In this document: positions 1 through 12,029 of the stretch, in pieces
Position numbering within the stretch: position 1 is the stretch's first letter
How the letters are laid out: the number at the start of each line of letters is the position of its first letter
The notes under the pieces: model-generated
Database searches by the model: none
What the model was told of the DNA's origin: nothing
The model's input: the letters and a program-made list of their open reading frames with translations, nothing else
NCBI RefSeq assembly: GCF_006345805.1
Contig: NC_043004.1
Location: forward strand, 85,622,001 to 85,686,000
From: Octopus sinensis
Lineage: Eukaryota
DNA length: 64,000 nt
Reading direction: 5' to 3'
Position numbers and translations under genes: made by a program

Positions 1-213
1 TGAAACGAAAGCGGAGGGCAATGCGTTGAATATTCAAGCCACAAACAGTGCAGAGTAAATTATTAACAGTATTATATCAAAAGTAACACGAACAAAATAA
101 GAAGGCCAATATTAGGTGGCGGTACGTGTTAACTCGACATGCTAGATATAGCACTCACATCTGTCATAAATATTAACTGTGGCACAACACCAGAAATTCT
201 AAATGAATCAATC

Positions 214-773
214 ACATCGACCCTAGTGCACAAATCGTACATATTTTATTGACCCTGAGAGGATGAAAGCTGAAGTGGACCTTGATGGTTTTTGAATTCA
301 GAGAGTATTGAGACGGAAGAAATGCGACGACACTTTTAGCCTGATGTACTAACCATTGTTATTTCTTTATTGCCCACAAGGGGCTAAACATAGAGGAGAC
401 AAACAAGGACAGATAAACGGATTAAGTCGATTACATCGCCCCCATGCGTAATTGGTACTTTATTTATCAACCCCGAAAGGATGAAAAGCAAAGTCGACCC
501 CGGCGGAATTTGAACTCAGAACGTAACGGTAGACGAAATACCTAATTGTTTACTACCCACAAGTGGCTAAACACAGAGGGGACAAAAAAGGACAGACAAA
601 CGGATTAATTCGACTATATCGACCCTAGTGCGTAACTGGTACTTATTTAATCGACCCAGAAAGGATGAAAGGCAAAGTTGACCTCAGCGGAATTTGAACT
701 AAGAACGTAACGGCAGACGAAATACGGCTACACATTTCGCCCGGCGTGCTAACGTTTCTGCCAGCTCGCTGCC
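214..773 (-). mobile_element. tRNA-derived SINE family 1, multimeric copy (internal ~150-bp unit repeated)
   Basis: Reverse complement of head GGCAGCGAGCTGGCAGAAACGTTAGCACGCCGGGCGAAATG, B-box-like GAGTTCAAATTC and central GAGGTCGACTTTGCCTTTCATCCTTTCGGGGTCGATAAAT; many copies in the window; 214-355 is more degenerate. Confidence 0.8.
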
Positions 774-1074
774 ATGATATGCTAAACATTCTGTCGTTCT
801 ATCGCCTTCACGTCTATCGTCAACAAAGAAACGACACATTAGGTCATGTACGATCCGTATTGAAGTTCGACCTACCGAACTAAACAAGGACGCTAGGTTT
901 CCAGTGCATATTACCGTTCCTGATACTTACCCTCTGTCAGTGACATCTCCTAATGGATGTATTATCGTGCTTAAGTGATAGTACGGGATTTGAACTCTGA
1001 AATATAGCGGAAGTAAATACCCGAAGTATTCCATTCGACGCTCTAAAGATTTCGCTAATACATCGCCCCTTCGA

Positions 1075-1365
1075 TAGACACTACTTATCGACACCGAAAG
1101 GATGCAAGACAAATTTGGGCTCGATGGGATTTGAACTCTTTACTACCCACAAGGAGATAAACACAGAGGGAACAAACAAGGACAGACAAACGGATTAAGT
1201 CGATTATATCGACCCCAGTGCGTAACTGGTACTTATTTAATCGACCCCGAAAGGATGAAAGGCAAAGTCGACCTCGGCGGAATTTGAACTCAGAACGTAG
1301 CGACTGACGAAATACGGCTACACATTTCGCCCGGCGTGCTAACGTTTCTGCCAGCTCGCCGCCTT
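1075..1365 (-). mobile_element. SINE family 1 copy
   Basis: Near-identical to 555-773. Confidence 0.8.
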
Positions 1366-1924
1366 ACGTCCCCTTAATATTAGCCACTCGGTAAGAGTAG
1401 TGATACAATGAGTACCAGCTTTCAAAAAAAAGTACGTACTGAAGTCAATTCGTTCGACTAAAACATCTCAAGCATGGCCCCAGCATGGCCGCTCTCCATG
1501 ACTGATACAAGTAAAAGGGAAATGGTTTCCTTGGACAGTCTTTGAAACATTTTATCACAAAAAGCCAGAACATAAACACAATCGTTTTATTGTTTTATGC
1601 ACCACATGCTTTCACTGATAACATGTAATAGTGATTTCAGATTTTCGCACAGGGCCAGAAATCTTGGGTGAGAAGAGACGACGATTCCATGGTCTTTGAT
1701 GCTGGACTGGTATTCATTTCATCAACACTCGAAAGGGAGTATGAAAGGTAATGTTGACCGCTGCAGTATTTGAACTCAGAGCGTAAGACGGACAAAATGC
1801 CAATAAACACTTTTTTTTCTATCTTTTTATTACATGCAATGTTAAAAGAAGGTTTTCAGACAGCGAGCTGGTATAATCGTTACCATGATGGGTAAAATGC
1901 TTCATGCTATATCCTCTGACTTTA

Positions 1925-3217
1925 CGAGGGGCGTTCAATAAGTAATGCCCCTGATCCACTTCCCATTACAGTAGAGCAACGAAACTTGGCACAGTTATTA
2001 GTCTTTTTCTGCATAGAAAATACTCAGAGTTACGCATTTCTCCCATCGTTTGATGCAGCTCTAGAGACTGTTTTTATAGAAGACCCCACCTTGCACCTCC
2101 AACCTCAACGTGACTTCAGAAATCAAGGTTGCATCATCTGGAAAACGCTTTCCTTTCAAAAACAACTTCATGACTGGGAAGAGGTGAAAATCAGTGGGTG
2201 CAAGGTCAGGAGAGCAGAGGGGATGGGGGAAGAGTTCATAGCCGCACGCCTGCGCTTCTGATCTGGCGACATGCGAGTTGTGGACCGGTGCGTTGTCCTG
2301 CAGGAGGAGGATGCCTTTGCTGATCTTGCCTCGCCTCTTGATTTTGATAGCTTCTCTTAATTTCCTCAAAAGTGAAGCTTAATAGGCTCCTGTAATTGTG
2401 GTACCATTTGCCAGGAAATCTGTCATCACTACTCCGTCCTGGTCCCAGAAGACTGTGAGCATGACCTTGCCAGCGGAGGGCTGCACCCTTGCCTAATTTG
2501 GAGGAGGTGAGTAACGGTTCTTCCACTGCATTGACTGGGATTTGGTCTCTGGATCATAGTGATGGGCCCAGGTTTCCTCCTGTGTAATCAGTCTTTTGAA
2601 AAATTTTGACTAATCTTCTTCGCACATCTCCAAATTCATCCTCGAGCACTCGACGCGTTTTTGCTTCTGAAAAGGTGTGAGCAACCAGGGAATCCATCTG
2701 GCAGACACCTTTTGCATATGCAAATGGTCATGAATGATAGTTTCCACAGATCCGGTACTAATCTTGACCTCATGGTCTATTTAGCGAATAGTTATGCGTC
2801 GATCTTCCAAAATAGCAGCCTCAACTTGATGGACAGATGCCTCATCAATGGCAGAAGGGGGGCGACCAGATCTGGGAGCTGTTTCCACGAAGTTCCGACC
2901 ATGTTTGAATTCACGATGCCAGTGTTTTACAAGGTCATATGATGGGGCATCATCACCATAAGTTACTTTCATTTCATCAAAAGTCTCCCGTGGTGTGCGT
3001 CCTTTCAAATACAAAAACCGGATCACTGCTCGACACTCAACAAGCTCCATTTCACACTTGACTCAGTTCAAACACCTGTAAATCATAAACCACAATTAGT
3101 TCAGAGCTGTAATTTGTCACTTAATCTATAGCGATATGAATAATTGCACCTGCAAAGTTTCAGCTAGATCAAACTAGTGTGAGAGGGTCAGGAGCATTAC
3201 TTATTGAACACCCCTCG
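1925..3217 (-). mobile_element. Full-length mariner DNA transposon (~1.29 kb), defective
   Basis: ~33-bp TIRs CGAGGGGCGTTCAATAAGTAATGCCCCTGATCC / GGGTCAGGAGCATTACTTATTGAACACCCCTCG; TA on left, TG (mutated TA) on right; transposase inside. Confidence 0.95.
1998..3050 (-). pseudogene. mariner DD34D transposase pseudogene
   Basis: N-terminal HTH (RAVIRFL...PRSGRP), WIPWLL (WVPxxL motif), ITQEETW (first D changed to E), LLQDNAPVH, SPDLAPTDFHLF, C-terminal RWEKCV; in-frame stops and frameshifts split it into several ORFs. Confidence 0.93.
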
Positions 3218-3282
3218 TGCGTTCTAAGTTATAATTCCGCCGAGGTCAACTTTACCTTTCATCATTTTGAGGTCTATAAAGT

Positions 3283-3444
3283 ACGAGCCACATGGTTTCG
3301 GGTTCAGTCCCACTGCGTGGCACCTTCGGCAAGTGTCTTCTACTATAGCCTTGGGCCGACCAAAGCCTTGTGAGTGGATTTGGTAAACGGAAACTGAAAG
3401 AAGCCAGTCGTATTTATGTACACACACACACACACACATATATG

Positions 3445-3500
<56 letters not shown>

Positions 3501-3722
3501 TGTGTTTGTGTGTCTGTGTTTGTCCCCCCAACATCGCTTGACCACCGATGCTGGTGTGTTTACATCCCCGTAACTTAACAGTTCGGCAAAAGAGATAGCT
3601 AGAATAAGTACTGGGCTTACAAAGAATAAGTCCCGGGGCCGATATGCGCGATCGACTAAAGGCGGTGCTCCAGCATGGCCGCAGTCAAATGACTGAAACA
3701 AGTAAAAGAGTAAAAGAGTAAG
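3283..3722 (+). mobile_element. SINE family 2 (CORE-like, internal TA/TG microsatellite), 5'-truncated
   Basis: GGGTTCAGTCCC B-box-like, CORE-like ACCTTCGGCAAGT, tail GGCGGTGCTCCAGCATGGCCGCAGTCAAATGACTGAAACAAGTAAAAGAG. Confidence 0.85.
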
Positions 3723-3821
3723 GAGCATTTCATTGCTAGGGTCGATTACATCGACCTACCCTCTACCCCGAAATTGCTGGTCTTGTGCCAAAATTTGAAG
3801 TCAGTATTAAGAAAAGGATTA

Positions 3822-4250
3822 AGGCAGCGAGTTGGCAGAATCGATACCACGCCGGAAAAAAATTGCTTAGCGATATTTTCACCGACTTTACGTTCTGAGA
3901 TCAAATTTCTCCCGGATAGTCTTTGATTTACATCATTTCGGGGTCAATTGAATAGGTGCCAATTGAACATTTGAGTCGATGTAATCGACTTTCTTCCTAC
4001 CCGAAATTGCTCACTTTGTACCAAAATTTGGAATCTGGAGGCAGCGAACCCGCAGAATCGTTTTGACACGCTGGGCAAGATGGTTAACGGCAGCTATTTC
4101 GGCTTGACGTTCTGAGTTCAAATTCCACCGAACTTGACTTTGCTTTTCCTCCACATGGGGGTCGATAAAATACGTACTAGTTAAACACTGGGGTTAATGA
4201 TATCGACTTACCTCTTCCCCAAAATTTTCTGGCCTCCTGCCAAAATTTTA
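3822..4250 (+). mobile_element. Two tandem degenerate SINE family 1 copies
   Basis: Two heads GGCAGCGAG..GCAGAATCG at ~3822 and ~4040 with central domain. Confidence 0.7.
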
Positions 4251-5368
4251 AATCATGACACTTATTTTTGACTGCTACAAGTCTATAATGGAACATTCTT
4301 TTGGCCATTCAATCTGCTAAAAATAGCAATTCAATTCTCCTTTAATCTAAATCCTCCCAACTAAGAAATTTATGGAAGAAACATCGGATAACATTTTCAA
4401 GTGTGCGCAATATCTGGAGAGGAAAATAGTCATTTACGTATCATAATATATGTATACACACAGACTAATGGCCTGTTACTACGATATTTACCTTGCGATG
4501 ACATCTGTCATGACGGTTTTAAATTCGTAAATACCAAAGGCAGACAAAATGCATATGATCATATATGTTCTTGATCCTGGCCTAAACAGCTAAGATCAAT
4601 GAACCTATCACCACGAATTCGCAGAGTGCTTAAACCATCATATAGAATGTTTAGCAAAATTTGCTCTGATTTCGTGCATTCTGAGTTCAGATCTTGTTGA
4701 GGCCAAATTTACTTTCCATACTTGTCAGAGACGATAGAAAAGATTATACTACTATTCCAGCATGTTGGATTGGTTTCTTGCTGTTTTTGTCTCAGTTGCA
4801 ACAGATTCAAATCCGAATCACTAGACATCCGTGCCGATGCCACGTGATCGACCTATTAACCGACAGACCAGTAAGCGTCACCCCTTCATGTGGTTCGATT
4901 TTCTAAAGCCATTTAACGAGACTTTTGAAAAAAGCAGCTTTCGGGAAGTAACTTCAGAATGTTGATGCAGTCGATGTAACGACTCTATAATCATTTTCCA
5001 TTCACCAGGCCTGCATATACAAGCTACAGATTGACATCATGAATGGATTTAGAGCTGTTATTTTTCTGATTGCAATGGGCTAGTAACAGATTGATATGCA
5101 CCAATTATTTTGTCATAGAACCCCGTAGAATGTCTCTACCAGTGTGTATAAATCGTTGCAGTTTCCTCCCTGCACCTCTGCCTCCGTTCTCCTATCCTTT
5201 CCACACGTCTGCTTCGTTGAGTAACACTAACTTATGGCATGATTTAAAAACAAAATTAAATAGGATTAAATATTGTGTTGTGTCTGGGAGAGCCATTTTC
5301 TTTTTTTTCCTTCTAATTAAATACACACTCACCGGTAAAATTTTCACTTATTTCTTATTTTTATTTTC

Positions 5369-5405
5369 CTAAAATTTTCGTTGCGACTTGCAACATTTTC
5401 AATAG
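5369..5405 (-). ncRNA. Minimal hammerhead-like motif, U3-A8 core variant
   Basis: Minus strand: CTA-TTGAAAA-T-GTTGC-AAGTC-GCAAC-GAAA-ATTT-TAG; stem I only 3 bp. Confidence 0.45.
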
Positions 5406-6224
5406 TCTTGATAAATTATAAGGTACAAGAAGAAAATGACTCTCCCCAGACACAACAGAATATGCTTCAACACACGAACTTACATAAAGAATCTTGCAAA
5501 CCAAATACAAAAACGAAATTAAATATTGTGTTGTTCCAAATTGCTAATTTAACTAAGATAATAATGTTGATCATGAACGCTTAGTACACGTCTCTTCTTT
5601 CGACATTTAGACATTTAATTAGATACTCTAGCCATCCAGCCAGCCAACCAGTCATACATACATTCATCCACCCATCCAACCTACCCTGTAGCGTCTTCGT
5701 CAGATGAGATGTCATGTTTATATGCAGCTATTCAAATAATTGTTCCAACTAACAAATTCTCTTCATGCAGGATGACAATAGTCTCATGCTGTTACCCAAT
5801 CGTTCACAGTTTCCGTCTCCAAGCAAATATCGCAGAAATCATAATTCAAACCTAGCTTGAAGACACGAGTACACACTGGATTTCCGTCGCTTTCGGCGAT
5901 AGCAATTCAATTGTGTCGATCCATTGAATTATATGCTCATCGTGTACATGGCTACATATTCCACAGGCGCATGTATTTCGAACCCGGAGGGCTGAAAAGT
6001 AAAGGTGGCCTCGGCGGGGTTTGAACTCAGGACGTAAAATATCGAGAAGATGTACTGTATGTCTTTGTGTTACTTGGTTATTCCAGTTTCTCAGTGACAA
6101 ATTATGGCTGAAACATTTTGAATACAAAGGCAGCAGTTCTTTCGATCGTTGCAACGACTAACTATATCCCATGTTTTCAGAAATAAACTCCACCGTACGT
6201 CTAGTGTTACGAATTTAATCTCTC

Positions 6225-6365
6225 TTTTTTACTCGTTTACTTGTTTCAGTCATCTGACTGCGGCCATGATGGAGCACCGCCTTTAGTCGACCAAATCGAC
6301 CCCAGGACTTATTCTATCGGTCTCTTTTGCAGAACCGCTGAGTTACGAGGACGTAAACACACCAG
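6225..6365 (-). mobile_element. SINE family 2, 3' part
   Basis: Reverse complement of the family 2 tail. Confidence 0.75.
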
Positions 6366-6374
6366 TATTTATGC

Positions 6375-7326
6375 AGTGCATTACATATCCCGAGGCCCCC
6401 AATAATTACCGGTATTAACCATTACTTGTAATCTGGATAGAGTAGCTACAGATCTCTCAATAGTTCAACATAAGTGTCCTCTTTTGCATCGATCATCAGC
6501 TTTATTAACATCCGCTGGGCAGCTAATTTCCACTATCGTGCACAGTTTCTTTTCTCAGTCCCAAATCATTATATCAGATTTGTTGGGCTTACATTTTATT
6601 GAGGTCTTCACTGGGACATTCCACCAGTATTCCTTTTAATTATGAGTGTCTATGGCTTCTACCATATTCTTAGTTCTTTGTCCTCAGAATTATTTTTCCG
6701 ACGGTTTTCATTACAGAGTCTCCAAGCTACAACATCATGTCTCATCGGTAGATAGTACCGTGATAACATTTTCGGACAACTGCGTATGATGTGGGTGATA
6801 TCTTCAGTGTTAACTCCACAATGTCTGCATCGGTTGTCACATTTTATTGCTTTCCTGCATCTCTATCACGCTTGTGCATCAGTTACTTGGTTGAGATTTC
6901 CTGTTATTGGATTGCAAACGCATACCCTTCAAAGTGGGAGGTAGTAATCCGGCTATCCGTCCATGATAAACTACTTTGATGATCAATGTTACTATCATGA
7001 CGCAGCTTTCTACTAACACAGCCATGTATAGTCTTCTGCTCATACATACTCATTCATCTAATGATACGTTGCGGTAGAGTCGTGAGACTTCTTTGGGCAT
7101 GTATTCTATGTTATCAGACAAAGTGTGTTGCTCAAGGAGCTGCCTTCCAAGTTTTATGATGTTATCAGCTTCATGTATGCAAACTTAGCCAGGGACGCAC
7201 TTCGACACTTACTGGTTAAAAGCTGTTACCGAAGGGTTGCGTCATTCAAAGGTATTTTGGATCGATATTAGCCCTCTGTCGCCTTGTTTTCGTTTTAGTT
7301 AGAGGTGGTCTACGTCACTGTTTATG
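6375..7326 (-). pseudogene. R4/Dong-like non-LTR retrotransposon fragment (post-RT region, CCHC knuckle, restriction-like endonuclease)
   Basis: Broken minus-strand frames give SDVDHL*LKRKQGDRGLISI, EGYAFAIQ*QEISTK, CRHCGVNTEDITHIIRSCPKM..YYLPMRHD, WWNVPVKT...SDIMIWD...VEISCPADVN, VIIGASG. Confidence 0.85.
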
Positions 7327-7416
7327 TAGAAATAATGTGTGTTTGTATTTATGTATGTATGTATGTATGTATGTATGTATGTATGTATGTATGTATGTAT
7401 GTATGTATGTACGTAT

Positions 7417-7960
7417 GTCAGGTCACTTTCGAGTGCTACTGGAAACATGTAACCCAGTACAACATGTTGCATGGTCGGGTCGTCGGCGACTAAACCCGTA
7501 ACCCCACCAAGCTTGCTTCGTGAGGAGGGTGTTTATTGGACACCCTTCGGGATGAAAAATAAAACCCGTCAAAGGGCGGAGGAACTCAACGGCCACCCAA
7601 TAAATGTCTTAAGGCTGTATCATGCGCGGGGACATAGAAATAATCGGACTGAATACCCGATCGCTCGGTTAAACCATTGGGAGTGAAGGACTCTTAGCTT
7701 TTGTTAGGGCATCCTTCTAGGAGAAAGTAACTCAGGGAAGTGGGATAACTCCGACATAAAACCTGCGGCTCAGTGGTTAACGATGATGTTGACTTCTTCT
7801 TTTCGGATTATGGCTGCTGTTGCTTAGTGAGTGGAATTGACTCAGTGCACAGCCTTTCCTCACTTTAAAAAAATCTTCTTGCACAGTCATTGCACGATAA
7901 CAACATTGATTAAGCTTCGTGCAATGGCCATCCTCGATAACGAGGGGGCAGCCACCATGC
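7417..7960 (+). mobile_element. Non-coding ~545-bp element, probably RTE-related non-autonomous retroposon
   Basis: GC-richer block between (TATG)n tracts; GGGCATCCTTCTAGGAGAAAGTAACTC resembles the CTAGGAGAAGG..AACTC motif of RTE 5'UTR-derived elements; ends in (CATG)n. Confidence 0.45.
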
Positions 7961-8014
7961 ATGCATGCATATATGTATGTATTTAGGTTGGAAGTTAGGT
8001 AGGTATTTTATCTT

Positions 8015-8400
8015 TTGTCTTTTTCAGTCATTGAACAGTGACCATACTGAGGTATGGCTTTCAAGAGTTTAGTTGAAAAAGTGGACACCAGTAATTTTAT
8101 CTTTTTTTTAATGTCGATGCCCATTCTATCGGACTCGTTTTCACAACCGCAATGTTACGGGGATGTAAACAAACCAACAACGACTATGTAGCAGTGGCGG
8201 TGACAAACATAAATGCAAAGATGTAAGCACATGTATATATCTATATGTACGAGCTTCTACCGTGATTCTGACACCAAACCTACTCCCGAGACGTTGATCT
8301 GTCAAGAGCTATATCAGAAAATATTTGCCCCATGTGCCGCGTAGGAAAACTGAACCGGAAACAACATCGTTAAAAAATTCTTCTCAGCCGTGTAGCCATC
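8015..8400 (-). mobile_element. Degenerate SINE family 2
   Basis: Diverged match to family 2 head and tail. Confidence 0.6.
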
Positions 8401-9422
8401 TTGATCTGTATTATCAAAGACCAGAAATTCATAATGTGTTTCAATGCGCAGTAACTGTTTCTAATATAGTTTGTTATACATCATATTTCTATTTTCTCTT
8501 AATTTATATTTTATTTATTACTCGATACCATTTCTATGATATCAATTTACGTTCGTTTGCTATATTTTGACATGTGTAAATATTTTCGACATTTCGCAAA
8601 CACTTTTATTTCTTTCAATGAAATTCGTTTTTGGTTTTCCACATTTGTTCTCAATCTCAAACGTGTTCAAATATAATATAATTTAATGTTTGTTTCGTTA
8701 TTGAGTGATATAATATTCCAAAGAGACACAGTAAACGCTATAAGAAAACCGAAATACCATTCTATATAAATGCCAAAACCAGCAGAAGTACGACAATAAT
8801 TCTAAAAATACTAAGCTGGCCAAACTTTTACTAGAAAATACACAAAACCGTTGAAGATAATTATGAAAATAGTTCAAATAGAAGAAAAATATGTATTGTA
8901 ATTCCAATACTTTTCAACAAAAACCAACGACAATTAATAAAATTAACGAAAGATGATAAACAATTTTGGCATTTTACATTGTATACATAGAGAGCTGAAG
9001 CAAAATCTACCATATTTACATGAAGTTAATATGCAATAAACAAGTTGTTAAGGATTAAATACGTGTGTGTGAATATGATTCTATGTATTGATATTTAAGC
9101 GCTTGCATGCATACATCCACACACACACATATATATCTACAGTTGCATCCGTTTATCTAGTGTCATTTAGCAGTTCAGTAATTAATGACACGTACCATAA
9201 GCTCCATCATCCAGACATTTATAAGGCCAACATCGTTTTTTAAAGACATCGGGGCTACTTACCAATTACCGAGACCAACTAAAACAGTTAAGTCTATAAT
9301 TCATCTGGAACAGTTATATATATATATATATATAAATTTTTTAAATTGTTATACTTGTCTATAATTACTGTATATTCTTAATCATATTTTTATATCCCAC
9401 GAATAATTCCAAATCTGTAGGT

Positions 9423-9511
9423 ATTCTCTGATGATGAAAATGTAGATTAATGAAGTTCAAAAGTTTTACCTACACACTTCCTTGCTCATTCCCGGAAACG
9501 ACCGTAAGATT
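9423..9511 (+). ncRNA. Degenerate type I hammerhead with long stem II insert
   Basis: ATTCT-CTGATGA-[60 nt, ends AATG/CATT]-GAAAC-GACC-GTA-AGATT, inside a ~320-bp block bounded by (TA)n at 9315-9333 and 9655-9686. Confidence 0.5.
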
Positions 9512-9650
9512 TTTTCTATTTATTGGATTCATTTGAAATCTTCCCTTTTGTATTATTGTGAACTGTTATCTTATCAGGCTGGACTACTTAATTTATCTGT
9601 ATGTATTTATGCAATTACTTACCCCACATTGATTTGGACACGGAATTACA

Positions 9651-9689
<39 letters not shown>

Positions 9690-9805
9690 AATAGTAAAAG
9701 TGAAAAAACTACAGAAGGCTTGTTTTAAAAGGTTAAAAAATATATGTTTGAGTCAATATGTCTGAAGAATATTATAAATTTTTTTCTTACAATGACATAG
9801 TTTAG

Positions 9806-9844
9806 AAGAAAGACCGGTTTCGCGTTTAGCTTTTCAAATTTCTT
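9806..9844 (-). ncRNA. Minimal hammerhead-like motif (U3-A8 core) in Penelope 3' region
   Basis: Minus strand: AAGAAA-T-TTGAAAA-GC-TAAAC-GC-GAAAC-CG-GTC-TTTCTT; 6-bp stem I, palindromic ACCGGT stem III, 110 bp past the GIY-YIG stop. Confidence 0.6.
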
Positions 9845-9953
9845 ACGTCGTTATGTTTATGTTGAGAGGAGTTATCGTTATGTTTATGTTCAAAAGAGTT
9901 CTAGATAAGGGGAGGTAATAAGTGATTTCTTCCAGTGTAAGGGAGATAATCGC

Positions 9954-10433
9954 TTAAAACTTTTTGCCTTTCCCTTGGTGTGAATTTCTCTGTATCAGTA
10001 TGTTGGAATGGTTAAGTCTGGGCTTGTACTTTTCAATGAAGAATGTTTCCTTGTTTAGTCTAATTTGTGTTGATGATCCGATAGCACAATGGTAAAATGG
10101 AAAGATTAAAAATTGTGGTAGTAGTTGCTTTGCGCATTTCTCAATGTGCTCACTAAAAGGTATCATTCTGTATTCTGGGAATGCAATCTGTTGTCGATGC
10201 AGTGTGCATCTACGTCTGAGTGATAGTTCCGTGGATCCCACGTAGTCTTGGTGGCAGCCCGAGCATTTTATGATATAAATTATGTTTTCAGAGGCACAAG
10301 TAAAATTAGATTTGATCTTGAATTTCTGTCCCTCTTTGAAGAGGAATTCTGATCCTTCTAGCAGGTTTGGACATGTTGCACAGTTCGGTCTACCACATTT
10401 TTTTACTTTTGCATCCGTAATTTCAGAAAACAA
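9954..10433 (-). CDS. Penelope-like GIY-YIG endonuclease domain (fragment, open frame)
   Basis: CGRPNCATCP Cys linker, FTCASENIIYIIKCSGC..DYVGST, RRRCTLHRQ, terminal E..FI...KPRLN; RT missing, frameshift just upstream. Confidence 0.88.
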   Translation of the reverse strand: MFSEITDAKVKKCGRPNCATCPNLLEGSEFLFKEGQKFKIKSNFTCASENIIYIIKCSGCHQDYVGSTELSLRRRCTLHRQQIAFPEYRMIPFSEHIEKCAKQLLPQFLIFPFYHCAIGSSTQIRLNKETFFIEKYKPRLNHSNILIQRNSHQGKGKKF

Positions 10434-10554
10434 TTTTGCCTTTGTGAGAATCTTTTTAAGTGATTTAGGTTTTTGTAGCTTTTAATGATTTGGTGTATTT
10501 TTAGAATTTCCTTTATACAGCTTGTTCGTTAGTACAAATGGCTAGCATACAGCT

Positions 10555-10627
10555 TGTTCGTTAGTACAAATGGCTAGCATACTTGTCACGAAAACAAAGA
10601 GGTGTGGGTTCGAGTCCCACGCGTAAG
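10555..10627 (+). other. tRNA-like sequence (pseudo-tRNA/SINE head) preceded by a 32-bp tandem duplication
   Basis: A-box-like TAGTACAAATGG, TTGT-CACGAAA-ACAA arm, T arm GTGGG-TTCGAGT-CCCAC; acceptor stem poor. Confidence 0.5.
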
Positions 10628-10868
10628 GGAAAAACCTACTTTTTTTCCCGTCGAAGGCTTATATGCCCCATTATTAGACTATTTTCTTTAGTCATTGCGC
10701 GGTGATCGCTTATAAGCTTATAAAATACTATTATATACATACATATTATTAAACTGCACGGTTCATGCTTTCAATCGCACTAATATTACTATCTATTATT
10801 TATCTATCTATTAGCATTATAGATAGTGCATGTATATATGTGTATATATATGTGTACATATTACACAT

Positions 10869-11036
10869 AGGCGCAGGAGTGGCTGTGTGGTAAGTAGCTT
10901 GCTAACCAGCCACATGGTTCCGGGTTCATTCCCACTGCGTGGCATCTTGGGCAAGTGTCTTCTGCTATAGCTCCGGGCCGACCAATGCCTTGTGAGTGGA
11001 TTTGGTAGACGGAAAGTGAAAGAAGCCTGTCGTATG

Positions 11037-11101
<65 letters not shown>

Positions 11102-11322
11102 GTGTGTTTGTGTGTCTGCGTTTGTCCGCCTAGCATTGCTTAACAACCGATGCTGGTGTGTTTACCTCCCCGTCACTTAGCGGTTCGGCAAAAGAGACCG
11201 ATAGAATAAGTACTGGGCTTACAAAGAATAAATCCCGGGGTCGATTTGCTCGACTAAAGGCGATGCTCCAGCATGGCCGCAGTCAAATGACTGAAACAAA
11301 TAAAAGAGTAAAAGAGTAAAGA

Positions 11323-11324
<2 letters not shown>
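10869..11324 (+). mobile_element. SINE family 2, full length
   Basis: Head AGGCGCAGGAGTGGCTGTGTGGTAAG..GGGTTCATTCCC, CORE-like TCTTGGGCAAGT, internal (TA)n, (GTAAAAGA)n tail. Confidence 0.9.
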
Positions 11325-11363
<39 letters not shown>

Positions 11364-11525
11364 TTTTTGCCTGTTATGTGTTCGCATGCTCATAATGGCT
11401 TATATATGCCACCGCGTTTAGATGTGTGTCAGTTTTGATGGGCATTATTATTGCTTTCGAACTTGTCTCTTTCAAATTAATACTCTAAATATGTAGGGTA
11501 TATATATATATATATATATATAAAT

Positions 11526-11585
11526 GGCGGTGCCCCAGCATGGCCACAGCTCATTAGCTGAAACTAGAAAAATCAAAATCAAAAT

Positions 11586-11590
<5 letters not shown>
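11526..11590 (+). mobile_element. Isolated CR1-type LINE/SINE 3' tail in (TA)n
   Basis: GGCGGTGCCCCAGCATGGCCACAGCTCATTAGCTGAAAC followed by (AAAATC)n. Confidence 0.65.
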
Positions 11591-11621
<31 letters not shown>

Positions 11622-11791
11622 GAGAGAGAGAGAGAGAGAGAGAAAATGGAGACAGACAGATTGATTGACTTACTTTAATAAGTACAGGAGTTATACTTGT
11701 GCAATTTTAATTCTTACACGTGCATATTGCAGTATTCGGACGGACTTGTATAACCCCACGAGGACATAAACACACATGCGCACACACGCAA

Positions 11792-12029
<238 letters not shown>

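Larger units (their letters stand above)
9687..10512 (-). mobile_element. 5'-truncated Penelope-like element (Neptune-type linker)
   Basis: GIY-YIG ORF followed by 3' non-coding region with an HHR-like motif, ending at (TA)n. Confidence 0.85.

Noticed and set aside
8698-8990. Hydrophobic minus-strand frames suggesting a membrane-protein exon
   Set aside because: T-rich composition with stops in all frames; no recognisable family
11440-11485. Minus-strand TTGAAAGAGAC..GTTCGAAAGC between TA tracts
   Set aside because: Several core positions (A9, U16.1) are wrong
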